Positions 19,531 to 29,269 of a stretch of 64,000 nucleotides of DNA are shown here, in pieces. How positions within the stretch are numbered: the first letter of the stretch is position 1; the number at the start of each line of letters is the position of its first letter. This stretch comes from Bdellovibrionales bacterium. GTDB lineage: Bacteria; Pseudomonadota; Alphaproteobacteria; Micavibrionales; UBA2020. A program made the position numbers and the translations under genes. The stretch lies in assembly GCA_038247245.1 (NCBI GenBank), contig JBBRVE010000006.1:9894-73893 (forward strand). The letters run 5' to 3'. The notes beneath the pieces are model-generated. The model had not been told where the DNA came from and did no database searches. It saw nothing but the letters and a program-made list of their open reading frames with translations.

Positions 19531-21129
19531 CAGCACCCGAAAATATCGACGCCGAGGTTGTCATCATCGGGTCGGGCGTTGCGGGCGCGATCACGGCATG
19601 CCGCCTTGCCGAAAAAGGCGTGAAGAATATCGTGGTGCTGGAGGCCGGCCCCCGCATCGACCGCGCGGCAACCGTGCAGAATTTCATGAAAAGCCCCTAT
19701 GACGATGCGTCATCCGGTTATCCCAATCCCGCACATGCGCCGCGCCCCGACTGGAACACCGGAAACGCCGCCAGCAGCATCGTCATGACCGGCCCTGTTG
19801 CGACCAAGACCGAATATTTGCGCGTCGTCGGCGGCACGACATGGCATTGGGCCGGCAGCACGCCGCGCCTGCACCCCGCCGATTTCACGCTGCGCAAAAA
19901 ATACGGCGTCGGGTACGACTGGCCGTTCGGGTATGAAACACTTGCGCCTTATTACAACGAAGCCGAGAAAGAATTAGGCGTGGCGGGAGATTCAGCCTTC
20001 GATGACGGATCGCCGCGCGACATGCATTTCCCCATGCCGCCCATCCCCTTAAGTTTTTGCGACAGGCAGATCTCCCAAGGCCTGCCGGAGATCAAGTTTT
20101 TTTTCGCGCCCCGTTGCGCGTGCCAGTGTTGCGTATCGCAGTCGCGGGCAGTGCGAGGGTTTCGGGTCGTGCATGCCCATCTGTCCCTCCGGCGCGCAAT
20201 ACACAGCCGCCGACCATGTGGCGCAGGCCGAAAAACTCGGCGTGCGCGTAATCGAAAATGCGCGCGTTGACCGCATCGTTGCCGATGGCGTGGTAAAATA
20301 TATCGAGGCGAAACGCCCGGATGGCAGTGCAATCACCGCGCGCGCCAAAATATTCGTCCTTGCCGCGAACGGCATGGAAACCCCGCGCCTGCTGCTGATG
20401 AGCGCCGGTGAAGGCAACGCGGCGGGCATCGCCAACAGCTCGGGACAGGTCGGGCGCAATTTCATGGATCATCCGACGCTGGTCTTTCGTTTTGTCATGC
20501 CAACACCCGTCTGGCCCGGGCGCGGGCCGGTCACGATCATGGCGGCGCATGATTTCCGCGACGGTGCGTTCCGCAATCAGCGTCCGGGCTGGGTCATTTC
20601 GACCGACAACCGCAGCAACCTGTCCGAGATCTCCCGCCGCCTGATCGCGCAAGGAGTCGAACCGCCAGCGCTGGATGCCGCCATCCGCGACCGCACATCC
20701 CGCGAAATACACATCGCCGCCAGCACGGAACAACTGCCCGATGCGCAGAACGGCATCACGCTGGCCTGGGGCAGGCGCGACAGCGCCGGCCAGCCCGTGA
20801 TGCGGCATTATTATTCCATCGGCAGCTATGAACAAAACGGCCTCGACCATATCCGCAGCAATTTCACGCGGTATGCCAAAACCTTGGGCGCGGAATTGTC
20901 CGATACCTTTGGCCCGCTGGCCATCCATCACCAGATGGGCATGACGCGCATGGGCGATGATGCCAGGACATCGGTGACCGACGGCTTTGGCCGCTGCCAT
21001 GACCACATGAATTTGTTTATCGCGGGCGCGTCGCTGTTCCCGTCTTCGGCCTGCGTCAACCCGACGCTGACGATTGCCGCGCTGGCGCTGCGCAGCGCCG
21101 ATGAAATCCTGCGCCAGCTGAAACCATAA
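19527..21129 (+). pseudogene. GMC-family FAD oxidoreductase (large dehydrogenase subunit), reading frame broken at a T8 homopolymer
   Basis: N-terminus has VVIIGSGVAGA (GxGxxG). Frame 0 reads ...GLPEIKFFF then nonsense. The +1 frame continues FFSRPVARASVAYRSRGQCEGFGSCMPICPSGAQY, which is the conserved GMC segment. Removing one T from the run at 20097-20104 restores a single ORF of about 533 aa. Confidence 0.75.
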
Positions 21130-21233
21130 TCACCGCATAATTTCCCGATTACACCTTGCAAGAATTTGTTAATCGCTTTTCGCTAGAGTTGCGGTTAGCG
21201 GGAATCCGCTAAGGGCATATTCAGGGGCATACC

Positions 21234-23276
21234 ATGGAATCCAATATCCAGTTTATTTACGCCGTCATCGCGATCATCGCGATTGTCGCGATCATGTTCA
21301 ATTTCCTCGTCAACGTGGGATCAAAGGAAATCGCGATCATGGAGCAGCGGTTTTTCGGCAAGGAACTGGATCCCGGCCACGTTTTCGCCATGCAGGGCGA
21401 AGTCGGATTGAAAGCGGCATACCTTTCCCCCGGCCTGCACGTCGTGCTGTGGCCGATCGTGCGCGTTGTTTACAAACCCGATTTTCTCACCATCGGCGCG
21501 GATGAACTGGGCATCGTCGAGGCAACCGACGGCCAGGCGCTGTCATCGGGCCGCATTTTCGCCGACGACCCCGCGGGCGAAACGCATAACAATTTTCAAG
21601 ACCCACTTGCCTTCATGGCCAATGGAGGCATCCGCGGCAAACAGCTGCGTTTCCTGACCAACGGCACGTTCAAGATCAACCCGTACCTGTTCAAGGTCAG
21701 CAAGATCAAAAAAACCTTTATTCCCGAAGGATCGATCGGCGTCGTGACGGCATCGGACGGCGCGCCGCTGAACCGTTTGCTGGGTCATAGCGTTTCCGGC
21801 CATGACAACTTCCAGAAGGCGGAATCTTTCCTGAAAAATGGCGGCCAGAAAGGCCCGCAAATCGATTTTCTGCGCCCCGGCACCTATAACATCAATACCG
21901 AAATCTTCCGCGTTGAAGTGCGCGAGGCGGTGAAGGTGGGCGAAAACGAAATCGGCGTCGTAGACTCACGCGACGGCCTGCCCATGAACGAACATGAAGT
22001 CGTCGTGCAGACGCCCGAAAACCACGACAATTTCCAGGACGGTGAAAGGTTCCTGAAAAACGGCGGCCAGCGCGGGCCTCAGGAAAATATCCTGACACCC
22101 GGCACCTATTACATCAACCCCTACCTGTTTGCCGTCACGAAACATAAACAGACGACGATCAAGCAGGGCGAAGTCGGCGTGATGATTTCCAATATCGGCA
22201 AAGACCCGTCGGAATTCAACACGCCCGAACGTCAGGCCGAAGACGCGTCCGACGACAAGGGCCGCACGCGCCATGTCGTCAGCCGCGGTTTCCGCGGCAT
22301 CCAGCGCGAGGTGTTGGGACCCGGCTCCTATAACATCAACCCGCTTGCCTATTACGTCATCATCATCCCGACTGTGACCCGCTCCGTTGAATGGAGCGCG
22401 GAGAGCAATCAGGCCGCCGGCGCCGCCAGCTTCGATCCGTTCGAAGTCGTCTCGCATGACGGCTTCCCGATGAAGGTCGAAGTGCGCTGCCAGTACCGCA
22501 TCCTGCCGGAAAACGCGCCCTATGTGGTGCAGAAGATCGGCTCTGTCGCGCAGCTGGAATCAAACGTGCTGCATCCCCAGATCGACGGTATCTTCCGCGC
22601 GCAGGTCGCGCGCAGCCCCGCGATCGCATACCAGCAGAACCGCGCCGAAGAACAGAAAATGGCCGAGGAAGCCGTGCGTCAGGATTTGACCAAATACCGC
22701 GTCGAGGTCGTGTCCGTCATGGTCACCAATATCCATCTGCCCGAAGCACTGATGCGCACCACGCAGCAGAAGAATCTGGCGGAGCAGGAAAAATCGATGT
22801 ATGACGCGAAAAAAGACGCCGAAACGCGCCGCATCCAGTATGAAAAAACCAAGACCGAGGCCGACCAGCAGGTAAAAATCTCCGCCGCCGAAGCCGGCAT
22901 CATGGTCGCACAACACGAAGCGAAGCAGACCGAAGAACGCGCGCGCGGCGACGCGGCACGCGTGCGGATGCTCGCAGAAGCCGACGCGATGCGCACCAAG
23001 CAGATCGGTGACGCCGAAGCATCCATCATTCAGGCAAAGGGCGAGGCGCAGGCAAAAGCCTATCGCGATCAGGCCGGGGCGCTCACAGCGTCGGGCGTCA
23101 CTTCCGTCGAGATCATGAAGGCGATTTCTACCGCAGGATTGAAAATCACGCCCGACATCCTTGTCTCCGGCGCGAACAGCGACGGCTCGGGCAACAATGG
23201 TGGCGGCCTCGTCAACGTGCTACTCGGCCGTATGCTGCAGGATACGAAATCGGCCAACGACGGAAAGGCCGCGTAG
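21234..23276 (+). CDS. SPFH/band-7 (flotillin-like) membrane protein with internally repeated N-terminal modules and a coiled-coil C-terminus
   Basis: N-terminal TM segment (IYAVIAIIAIVAIMF). Three clear modules of about 70 aa plus one degenerate module containing H(N/D)NFQ..F(L/M)xNGGxxGxQ...PGTYxINP. Ala/Glu/Lys-rich flotillin-type tail (AEQEKSMYDAKKDAETRR...). Confidence 0.8.
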   Translation: MESNIQFIYAVIAIIAIVAIMFNFLVNVGSKEIAIMEQRFFGKELDPGHVFAMQGEVGLKAAYLSPGLHVVLWPIVRVVYKPDFLTIGADELGIVEATDGQALSSGRIFADDPAGETHNNFQDPLAFMANGGIRGKQLRFLTNGTFKINPYLFKVSKIKKTFIPEGSIGVVTASDGAPLNRLLGHSVSGHDNFQKAESFLKNGGQKGPQIDFLRPGTYNINTEIFRVEVREAVKVGENEIGVVDSRDGLPMNEHEVVVQTPENHDNFQDGERFLKNGGQRGPQENILTPGTYYINPYLFAVTKHKQTTIKQGEVGVMISNIGKDPSEFNTPERQAEDASDDKGRTRHVVSRGFRGIQREVLGPGSYNINPLAYYVIIIPTVTRSVEWSAESNQAAGAASFDPFEVVSHDGFPMKVEVRCQYRILPENAPYVVQKIGSVAQLESNVLHPQIDGIFRAQVARSPAIAYQQNRAEEQKMAEEAVRQDLTKYRVEVVSVMVTNIHLPEALMRTTQQKNLAEQEKSMYDAKKDAETRRIQYEKTKTEADQQVKISAAEAGIMVAQHEAKQTEERARGDAARVRMLAEADAMRTKQIGDAEASIIQAKGEAQAKAYRDQAGALTASGVTSVEIMKAISTAGLKITPDILVSGANSDGSGNNGGGLVNVLLGRMLQDTKSANDGKAA

Positions 23277-23280
23277 AGGA

Positions 23281-23598
23281 TCATCCCCGGTGCAGCAGTG
23301 ATCCCCCAAAACACAAGATAGCGCCCGCCAGCGAGACGGCGCCGAAAATAATGCATGTCCGCCGGGGCAGCTTCAATTGCATGCCCAATGACGTCAGCAC
23401 AATCATGGACAAGAACACATAGCCCGCCCCGCAAAGAACCGCCGCCATGCCATCAAGCGTATAAGGGCCGCTATAGCGTGCCGTGCTTTCGAAATGGCGC
23501 GTCACGATGGCCGTTATACCCCGCGCGGCCAGCAAAAGCGCAAGAAATGACACTATAACGGCAAAAGCCCATGCGCCGGGTTTTTGTGGTTTTTCCAT
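23281..23598 (-). CDS. Small hydrophobic membrane protein, function unknown
   Basis: 105 aa with three hydrophobic segments. The start lies 2 nt after the stop of the upstream FAD oxidoreductase gene. Confidence 0.5.
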   Translation of the reverse strand: MEKPQKPGAWAFAVIVSFLALLLAARGITAIVTRHFESTARYSGPYTLDGMAAVLCGAGYVFLSMIVLTSLGMQLKLPRRTCIIFGAVSLAGAILCFGGSLLHRG

Positions 23599-23600
23599 TT

Positions 23601-25067
23601 TTATTCTTTTCCAAACATTTTTTTGTAATACCTGTACCAGTCGCTCTGGAATACTTCGCCGGGATCATAGGCTTGTTTCAACGAGAGCAGGCGTTGCAGT
23701 TTAGGATAGCCGCGCTCGACCTGTTCCTTCAGCGCCCAGCGGTGATAGGTCAGGTAATAGGTGCCACCAAGTGACAGCGCGATATCATACAGCGCGCGGA
23801 AATCATGCTTGGCTTTCTCGATCCCGTCCACCGTATGCACAACGTATAAATTGAAAATGATGCAGGCGTAATCTTCGCGCGCCCATGGCAGGAAACTTTC
23901 GGTGTCCTGCTGGATGAAACGCACCGTGCCGTAAATAATATCCATGCCGTTTTGCAGCGCGGCCTTGCGCGCGGTTTCCATGAATTCGGCGAATTTCGCG
24001 CGGGGTACGTACACCTCGCTCAGCATCAGCGACGATCCCGCCGCTTCGCCGCGCTCCTTGGCGAATTCCTTGTTGAAGTCCTTCAGGTAAATACCTGTCT
24101 GGTGCGCATCCGACCAGTAAATCTGGCCGTTTGTTTCAAGGTAATGGTCGCGGTAAACTTCATAGGCGCGTTTTTTGTCGAGATGCGCGAGGCGGTACAG
24201 CCCCTTCCACGCATCAAGGCCAAGGTCGTGCGATGCTTCCGACACCGGCGTATCATCGGGCACGGGCACATAACAGGTGAAGATGCCGCGCCGCATGAAA
24301 TCTTCCGATTTTTCATCGGTCATATATTGGAAATCGCCGTAAAGGTATCCGTCCTTCACGCGGCTTTCCACCGCCGCGATCAGCTCGGCGGCGTTAATCA
24401 CCTCGACCACGCGCTTCAGCTTGATGCGTTTGCCAAGCCGCAGTTTGATTGTGTTGATGATGCCGAACAGCCCGTAGCCGCCGATCACCTGTTTAAACAG
24501 CTCCGCATTTTCATCACGGCTGCAATTGACCAGCTGTTCATCCGCCGTCAGCAGCGTGAAGGATTCGATATCGCTGATGATCGGCGGCTTGACAAGGCTG
24601 CGCCCGTGGATGTTCGATGCCAGCGCGCCGCCCAGCGTCAGTTCATCCGCGCCGGTCTGTTTTTGTATCACGCATAAATCGGGCGCGTTTTTATTAAGGT
24701 GCGCGATCAATTGCGGCCACATGATGCCCGATTCAATCTCGACAATTTTCGCGGCGGCATCAAGCGAGACGACCTTGTTCATCGACCGCATGTCGAACAG
24801 CGTGGTATCCGCGCCGAACTGCTGGCCGCCCATCGCGTGGCGCGCGCCCGAAATGCTCACCTTCTGGCCGAGGCGTTTGGCGTAAGATAACCCGCGTATC
24901 AGGTCGCCCGCGCCTTCGGGCGTCAGGATTTCGGCGACCGTGGTGGGGTTCAGCTGGGAATGCACATCATTCACCCGTTCCCCCGCCGCCAGCAATTGCG
25001 CGGGCCGCATGAAGGGCAGCGACGATGCCGCCATCGCCGTGCTTTTCAGGAAATCACGCCGTTTCAT
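23601..25067 (-). CDS. FAD-binding (PCMH/FAD_binding_4 type) oxidoreductase with Tat signal
   Basis: MKRRDFLKSTAMAASSLPF twin-arginine signal. GARHAMGGQ FAD-binding segment. C-terminal YPKLQRLLSLKQAYDPGEVFQS, typical of this oxidase family. Confidence 0.8.
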   Translation of the reverse strand: MKRRDFLKSTAMAASSLPFMRPAQLLAAGERVNDVHSQLNPTTVAEILTPEGAGDLIRGLSYAKRLGQKVSISGARHAMGGQQFGADTTLFDMRSMNKVVSLDAAAKIVEIESGIMWPQLIAHLNKNAPDLCVIQKQTGADELTLGGALASNIHGRSLVKPPIISDIESFTLLTADEQLVNCSRDENAELFKQVIGGYGLFGIINTIKLRLGKRIKLKRVVEVINAAELIAAVESRVKDGYLYGDFQYMTDEKSEDFMRRGIFTCYVPVPDDTPVSEASHDLGLDAWKGLYRLAHLDKKRAYEVYRDHYLETNGQIYWSDAHQTGIYLKDFNKEFAKERGEAAGSSLMLSEVYVPRAKFAEFMETARKAALQNGMDIIYGTVRFIQQDTESFLPWAREDYACIIFNLYVVHTVDGIEKAKHDFRALYDIALSLGGTYYLTYHRWALKEQVERGYPKLQRLLSLKQAYDPGEVFQSDWYRYYKKMFGKE

Positions 25068-25692
25068 GTTTTGCTCCGGTCAGATGGCGGGCGCAGAGGT
25101 AAATCAGGATGATCGCGGTAAACTGGATCAGGTGGAACAGCGCGTTATGATCGAAATAAACCGGATGCAGCGCAAGTTTGAAATGCTGCACGCCCGCGCC
25201 CGCAAATGTCAGCAGCAATCCGGCGATGCCCGCAATCATCGCCCGCGCGCGTGTTTTGCGCCAGACGCAGATAAACCCCGTCATCATGAACAGCACAGCG
25301 GGCAGGTAATTCGCCAGCGCGACCGCGAAACCTGATTCATATTGTGAAATGTAAAAGCAATAACCCAGCAATTGCAGCAGCGCGACACGCTGCACGATCC
25401 CGGCCCCTTTCACGGGCAACAGCAGCACCGCGCCGACACACCAGCCCGCCAGCGCCATAACGCCCAGCGAGGCCAGCGTCAGCAGCCATAAATTCACATG
25501 AATTTCGGATGCCTCATCGGCAAAAAATCCATGCACCAGTGCGCCCGCGAATGCGCCGATGCCGATGCCCGCGAACATCATCAGGAACGCCGCGCGCAAC
25601 GGCGAAGCCGGTGAACGTAAGATCAATGCCGCGACCACCGCACATTCGGCGGCGACAATAAAATCAGTGATGGTGACGGCAGGTTCCAGCAT
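25054..25692 (-). CDS. Polytopic (about 7 TM) membrane protein, function unknown
   Basis: 212 aa, almost entirely hydrophobic helices. Overlaps the downstream oxidoreductase start by 14 nt. Confidence 0.6.
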   Translation of the reverse strand: MLEPAVTITDFIVAAECAVVAALILRSPASPLRAAFLMMFAGIGIGAFAGALVHGFFADEASEIHVNLWLLTLASLGVMALAGWCVGAVLLLPVKGAGIVQRVALLQLLGYCFYISQYESGFAVALANYLPAVLFMMTGFICVWRKTRARAMIAGIAGLLLTFAGAGVQHFKLALHPVYFDHNALFHLIQFTAIILIYLCARHLTGAKHETA

Positions 25693-25793
25693 TGCTGCAG
25701 TGTAACAAAATACTGAAACAATTCAATATTTTAACGCTTCCGCTTTCTGCCTGTTCTGCTATAAACCTGATTATCAAAAATAGGAAAACCAAT

Positions 25794-27056
25794 ATGACCA
25801 AAAGCGCCGCTGAACCCGGCATTTTCGCACAAATGACACAGGACAAAATCGTGACGCTGACGATTTTGGTCGCGGCCTTCGGCTATTTTGTCGATGTGTT
25901 CGACCTGCTGCTGTTCAACATCCTGCGCGTGCCGAGCCTGAAAGACCTCGGCGTGCCGGAAGACCAATTGCTGGATCAGGGCGTGTTCCTGCTGAACACG
26001 CAAATGGCGGGGTTGCTGATCGGCGGTTTTTTCTGGGGAATGGCGGGCGATAAATTTGGCCGCCTGTCCGTCTTGTTCGGCTCGATCATCCTTTATTCCT
26101 TCGGCAATATCGCGAATGCCTTTGTTACCACAGTCGATCAATATGCGATCCTGCGATTTATCACCGGCCTTGGCTTGGCGGGCGAACTCGGCGTGGGTGT
26201 GACCCTGGCATCCGAATTGCTGCCGCGCAAGCTGCGTGGCCTCGGCACCACCTTTATCGCTTCCATCGGCGTCATGGGCGCGGTCGCGGCTGGAATTATT
26301 GCCAATTATGTGTCGTGGCGGCATGCGTATATGATTGGCGGCGGCATGGGTTTTCTGCTGTTGCTGTTGCGCGTGGGGGTCAAGGAATCCGGTATGTTCA
26401 AAAAGGTCGTCGCAGAAGGCCCCAAAGTGGCACGGGGCAATATCCTGATGTTCTTCCGCGACCTTGACCTGTTCCGCCGTTACATGGCTGTCCTGATGAT
26501 CGGCGCGCCGCTGTGGTGCATCGTCGGCATGTTCATCACCTTTACCCCCGAATTCGCGAAAGATTTCGGGATGCAGGGAACGCTGCCCACCGCCGCGAAT
26601 GCCGTTTTGTGGTGCTATGTCGGCTTGACCGTTGGCGATATGCTGAGCGGGCTGCTCAGCCAGTACCTGCAGAGCCGGCGCAAATCGATCGCCGTATCGC
26701 TGGTGTTTTTGATTTGCAGCACGCTTGTCTTTACGCAGGTCACGCCGTCCAGCGTTGAAATGTATTATGCGATGTGCCTCATGATGGGCATTGGCGCGGG
26801 ATACTGGGCGATGTTCGTGCAGATCGGGGCGGAACAGTTCGGCACCAACCTGCGCGCAACCGCCGCCACCAGCGTGCCGAACGTGGCGCGCGGCCTTGCG
26901 ATCCCCATTACGCTGGGTTTCCGCGCAATGATACCGGCGCTGGGCGTGACGGGCGGCGGACTTGCCGTATTCGCGGCCGTGATGGCGCTGGCCTTTGCGG
27001 GATTGCTGCTGGTCAAGGAAACATTCCATGACGACCTCGACTATGTAGAAAAATAG
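25794..27056 (+). CDS. MFS transporter
   Basis: 12-TM-like profile. MFS loop motif GDKFGRLSV. ATG at 25794 preceded by AGGAAA. The ORF-track start at 25692 adds an implausible leader. Confidence 0.85.
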   Translation: MTKSAAEPGIFAQMTQDKIVTLTILVAAFGYFVDVFDLLLFNILRVPSLKDLGVPEDQLLDQGVFLLNTQMAGLLIGGFFWGMAGDKFGRLSVLFGSIILYSFGNIANAFVTTVDQYAILRFITGLGLAGELGVGVTLASELLPRKLRGLGTTFIASIGVMGAVAAGIIANYVSWRHAYMIGGGMGFLLLLLRVGVKESGMFKKVVAEGPKVARGNILMFFRDLDLFRRYMAVLMIGAPLWCIVGMFITFTPEFAKDFGMQGTLPTAANAVLWCYVGLTVGDMLSGLLSQYLQSRRKSIAVSLVFLICSTLVFTQVTPSSVEMYYAMCLMMGIGAGYWAMFVQIGAEQFGTNLRATAATSVPNVARGLAIPITLGFRAMIPALGVTGGGLAVFAAVMALAFAGLLLVKETFHDDLDYVEK

Positions 27057-27093
27057 CAAGACTGGTGATAGGCTTGCCGGATAGGAGATTTTC

Positions 27094-27723
27094 ATGAAAT
27101 ATCTTTTTCTTGCCGCCGTTTTGTTTTTCGCAAGCCCCGCACAGGCGGCAGAATTCGCAGGTTATGTCCGCGAGGTATCGGGCGATGTCACCATCGACCG
27201 TGGCGCGGGCGCAAAACCGCTGCACCGGGGCGACGATATCGCCATCAACGACAAGATCGTGACCGGCAAGGACGGTCGCACGAAAATCAAATTCGCCGAC
27301 GGCGCCGAGCTGGTGCTGGCGCAGCATGGCAGCCTGACAATCGACCAGTATGTGTACGGCCCGAAAAAACCGCATAACGGCAAAGCGGAGATGACGGTGC
27401 TGGACAGTGCCTTTTCCTTCACCGGCGGCTGGATGGACAAGGGCGATAAATCCGACGTGAAAATGAACCTGAATTTCGGCACCATCGGCGTGCGCGGCAC
27501 GAAAATCATGCGCGCGATGAACGGCATGGAATGCTGGATCTTCCTGCAATCCGGCCATATCGATGTGTACAACAAGGGCGGCAAGGTATCGCTGAGCCCC
27601 GGCGAAGGCACGATCATGACGGGAAAATCAAAAGCCCCCGCCGCGCCGCATATCTGGCCGAAAAAAGAAATCGCATGGATCAGCGCGAATGTCGCGGGAG
27701 AAGCGAAAGAATGGAAGCCGTAA
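27094..27723 (+). CDS. Secreted FecR-domain protein
   Basis: Signal peptide MKYLFLAAVLFFASPAQA. FecR-like strand pattern (GDVTIDRGAGAKPLHRGDDIAINDKIVTGKDGRTKIKFADGAELVL). Confidence 0.65.
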   Translation: MKYLFLAAVLFFASPAQAAEFAGYVREVSGDVTIDRGAGAKPLHRGDDIAINDKIVTGKDGRTKIKFADGAELVLAQHGSLTIDQYVYGPKKPHNGKAEMTVLDSAFSFTGGWMDKGDKSDVKMNLNFGTIGVRGTKIMRAMNGMECWIFLQSGHIDVYNKGGKVSLSPGEGTIMTGKSKAPAAPHIWPKKEIAWISANVAGEAKEWKP

Positions 27724-27724
27724 T

Positions 27725-29269
27725 ATGTTTGCCGTGACCGCGCCGCAAGTTACAGGACAAGACCGCGTTTTGACGCCCGAAACCTTCGCGTTTCTGGAAG
27801 GGCTTGAGAAGAATTTCGGCACACGCCGCCGCATGCTGATCGCGGAACGCGCGGAACTGCAGGAAAAACTGGATGACGGCTGGGTACCCGATTATCTGGC
27901 CGAGACCGCCAATATTCGCAGCGGCGACTGGAAAACGCGCCCCGCCCCCGCCGACCTGCTCGACCGCCGCGTGGAAATCACCGGGCCAGTCGACCGCAAA
28001 ATGGTCATCAACGCGCTTAATTCCGGCGCGTCATGCTTCATGGCGGATTTTGAAGATTCCAACACGCCGACCTGGGAAAACCAGATCAGCGGCCAGATAA
28101 ACCTGATGGACGCGAATGCGCGCACCATCGAATTCAGGGACGCGGCAAGCGGCAAGGAATATAAATTAAAAGACAAGACCGCCGTGCTGATGGTGCGCCC
28201 GCGCGGGCTGCATATGGAAGAAAAGCACATGAAGCTGGACGGGCAGTTCCTGTCGGCATCGTTTTTCGATTTCGGCCTGTACCTGTTCCACAACCGCCGC
28301 GCGCCGTATTATTACCTGCCCAAGCTGGAAAGCTGGCAGGAGGCGCAATTGTGGAGCGACGTGATTTCATTTGCCGAAGACACGCTGAAACTGCCGCGCG
28401 GCACGGTGCGCGTGACGGTGCTGATCGAAACAATCACCGCCGCATTCCAGATGGACGAGATTTTGCACGCGTTGAAGGACCATATCGTCGGCCTCAATTG
28501 CGGGCGGTGGGATTATATTTTCAGCTACATCAAAAAATTCCGCAACCGCGCAGATTTCATCGTGCCGGATCGTGGCACGGTCACCATGACCGCGCATTTC
28601 CTGCGTTCCTACAGCCTGAACCTGATCAAAACATGCCACCGCCGCGGCGCACATGCGATGGGCGGCATGGCGGCGCAAATTCCGATCAAGAATGACGACG
28701 CCGCGAACAATGCCGCGCTGGAAAAAGTCCGCGCCGACAAAACGCGCGAGGCGACCGACGGCCATGACGGCACCTGGGTCGCGCATCCGGCCTTGGTGCC
28801 GATTGCGAAGGAAATTTTTGACCGCCTGATGCCCGAAGCCAACCAGCTGGGCAAGCTGCGCGACGATGTGAGCATCACGGCGGCCGATTTGCTGAAAGTG
28901 CCGGAAGGCGCGATCACCGAAGACGGGTTGCGCCGCAATATCAATATCGGGCTGCTCTACCTCAAGGCGTGGCTGGCGGGCATGGGCTGCGTGCCGATCC
29001 ACAATTTGATGGAGGATGCGGCGACCGCCGAAATTTCGCGCGCGCAATTGTGGCAGTGGCGCCGGCACAAGGCAAAGATGGCCGATGGCCGCGTGATCGA
29101 CGATGCGTTCATGCATGCGATGCTGATGGATGAAGCGGCGAAACTGGATGCCGACACATACACCAGCGCCGCCGCCGGCATGTTCGCGGGCATGGTGATG
29201 GGCGACCGCCTCGACGATTTCCTGACCACCAAGGCCTATGACTGGGTGCTGGAGGACGAGCGCGCGTAA
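27725..29269 (+). CDS. aceB: Malate synthase A
   Basis: 514 aa with characteristic RRVEITGPVDRKMVINALNSGA..FMADFEDSNTPTW and GLNCGRWDYIFS segments. The ATG lies 1 nt after the FecR-gene stop. Confidence 0.92.
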   Translation: MFAVTAPQVTGQDRVLTPETFAFLEGLEKNFGTRRRMLIAERAELQEKLDDGWVPDYLAETANIRSGDWKTRPAPADLLDRRVEITGPVDRKMVINALNSGASCFMADFEDSNTPTWENQISGQINLMDANARTIEFRDAASGKEYKLKDKTAVLMVRPRGLHMEEKHMKLDGQFLSASFFDFGLYLFHNRRAPYYYLPKLESWQEAQLWSDVISFAEDTLKLPRGTVRVTVLIETITAAFQMDEILHALKDHIVGLNCGRWDYIFSYIKKFRNRADFIVPDRGTVTMTAHFLRSYSLNLIKTCHRRGAHAMGGMAAQIPIKNDDAANNAALEKVRADKTREATDGHDGTWVAHPALVPIAKEIFDRLMPEANQLGKLRDDVSITAADLLKVPEGAITEDGLRRNINIGLLYLKAWLAGMGCVPIHNLMEDAATAEISRAQLWQWRRHKAKMADGRVIDDAFMHAMLMDEAAKLDADTYTSAAAGMFAGMVMGDRLDDFLTTKAYDWVLEDERA

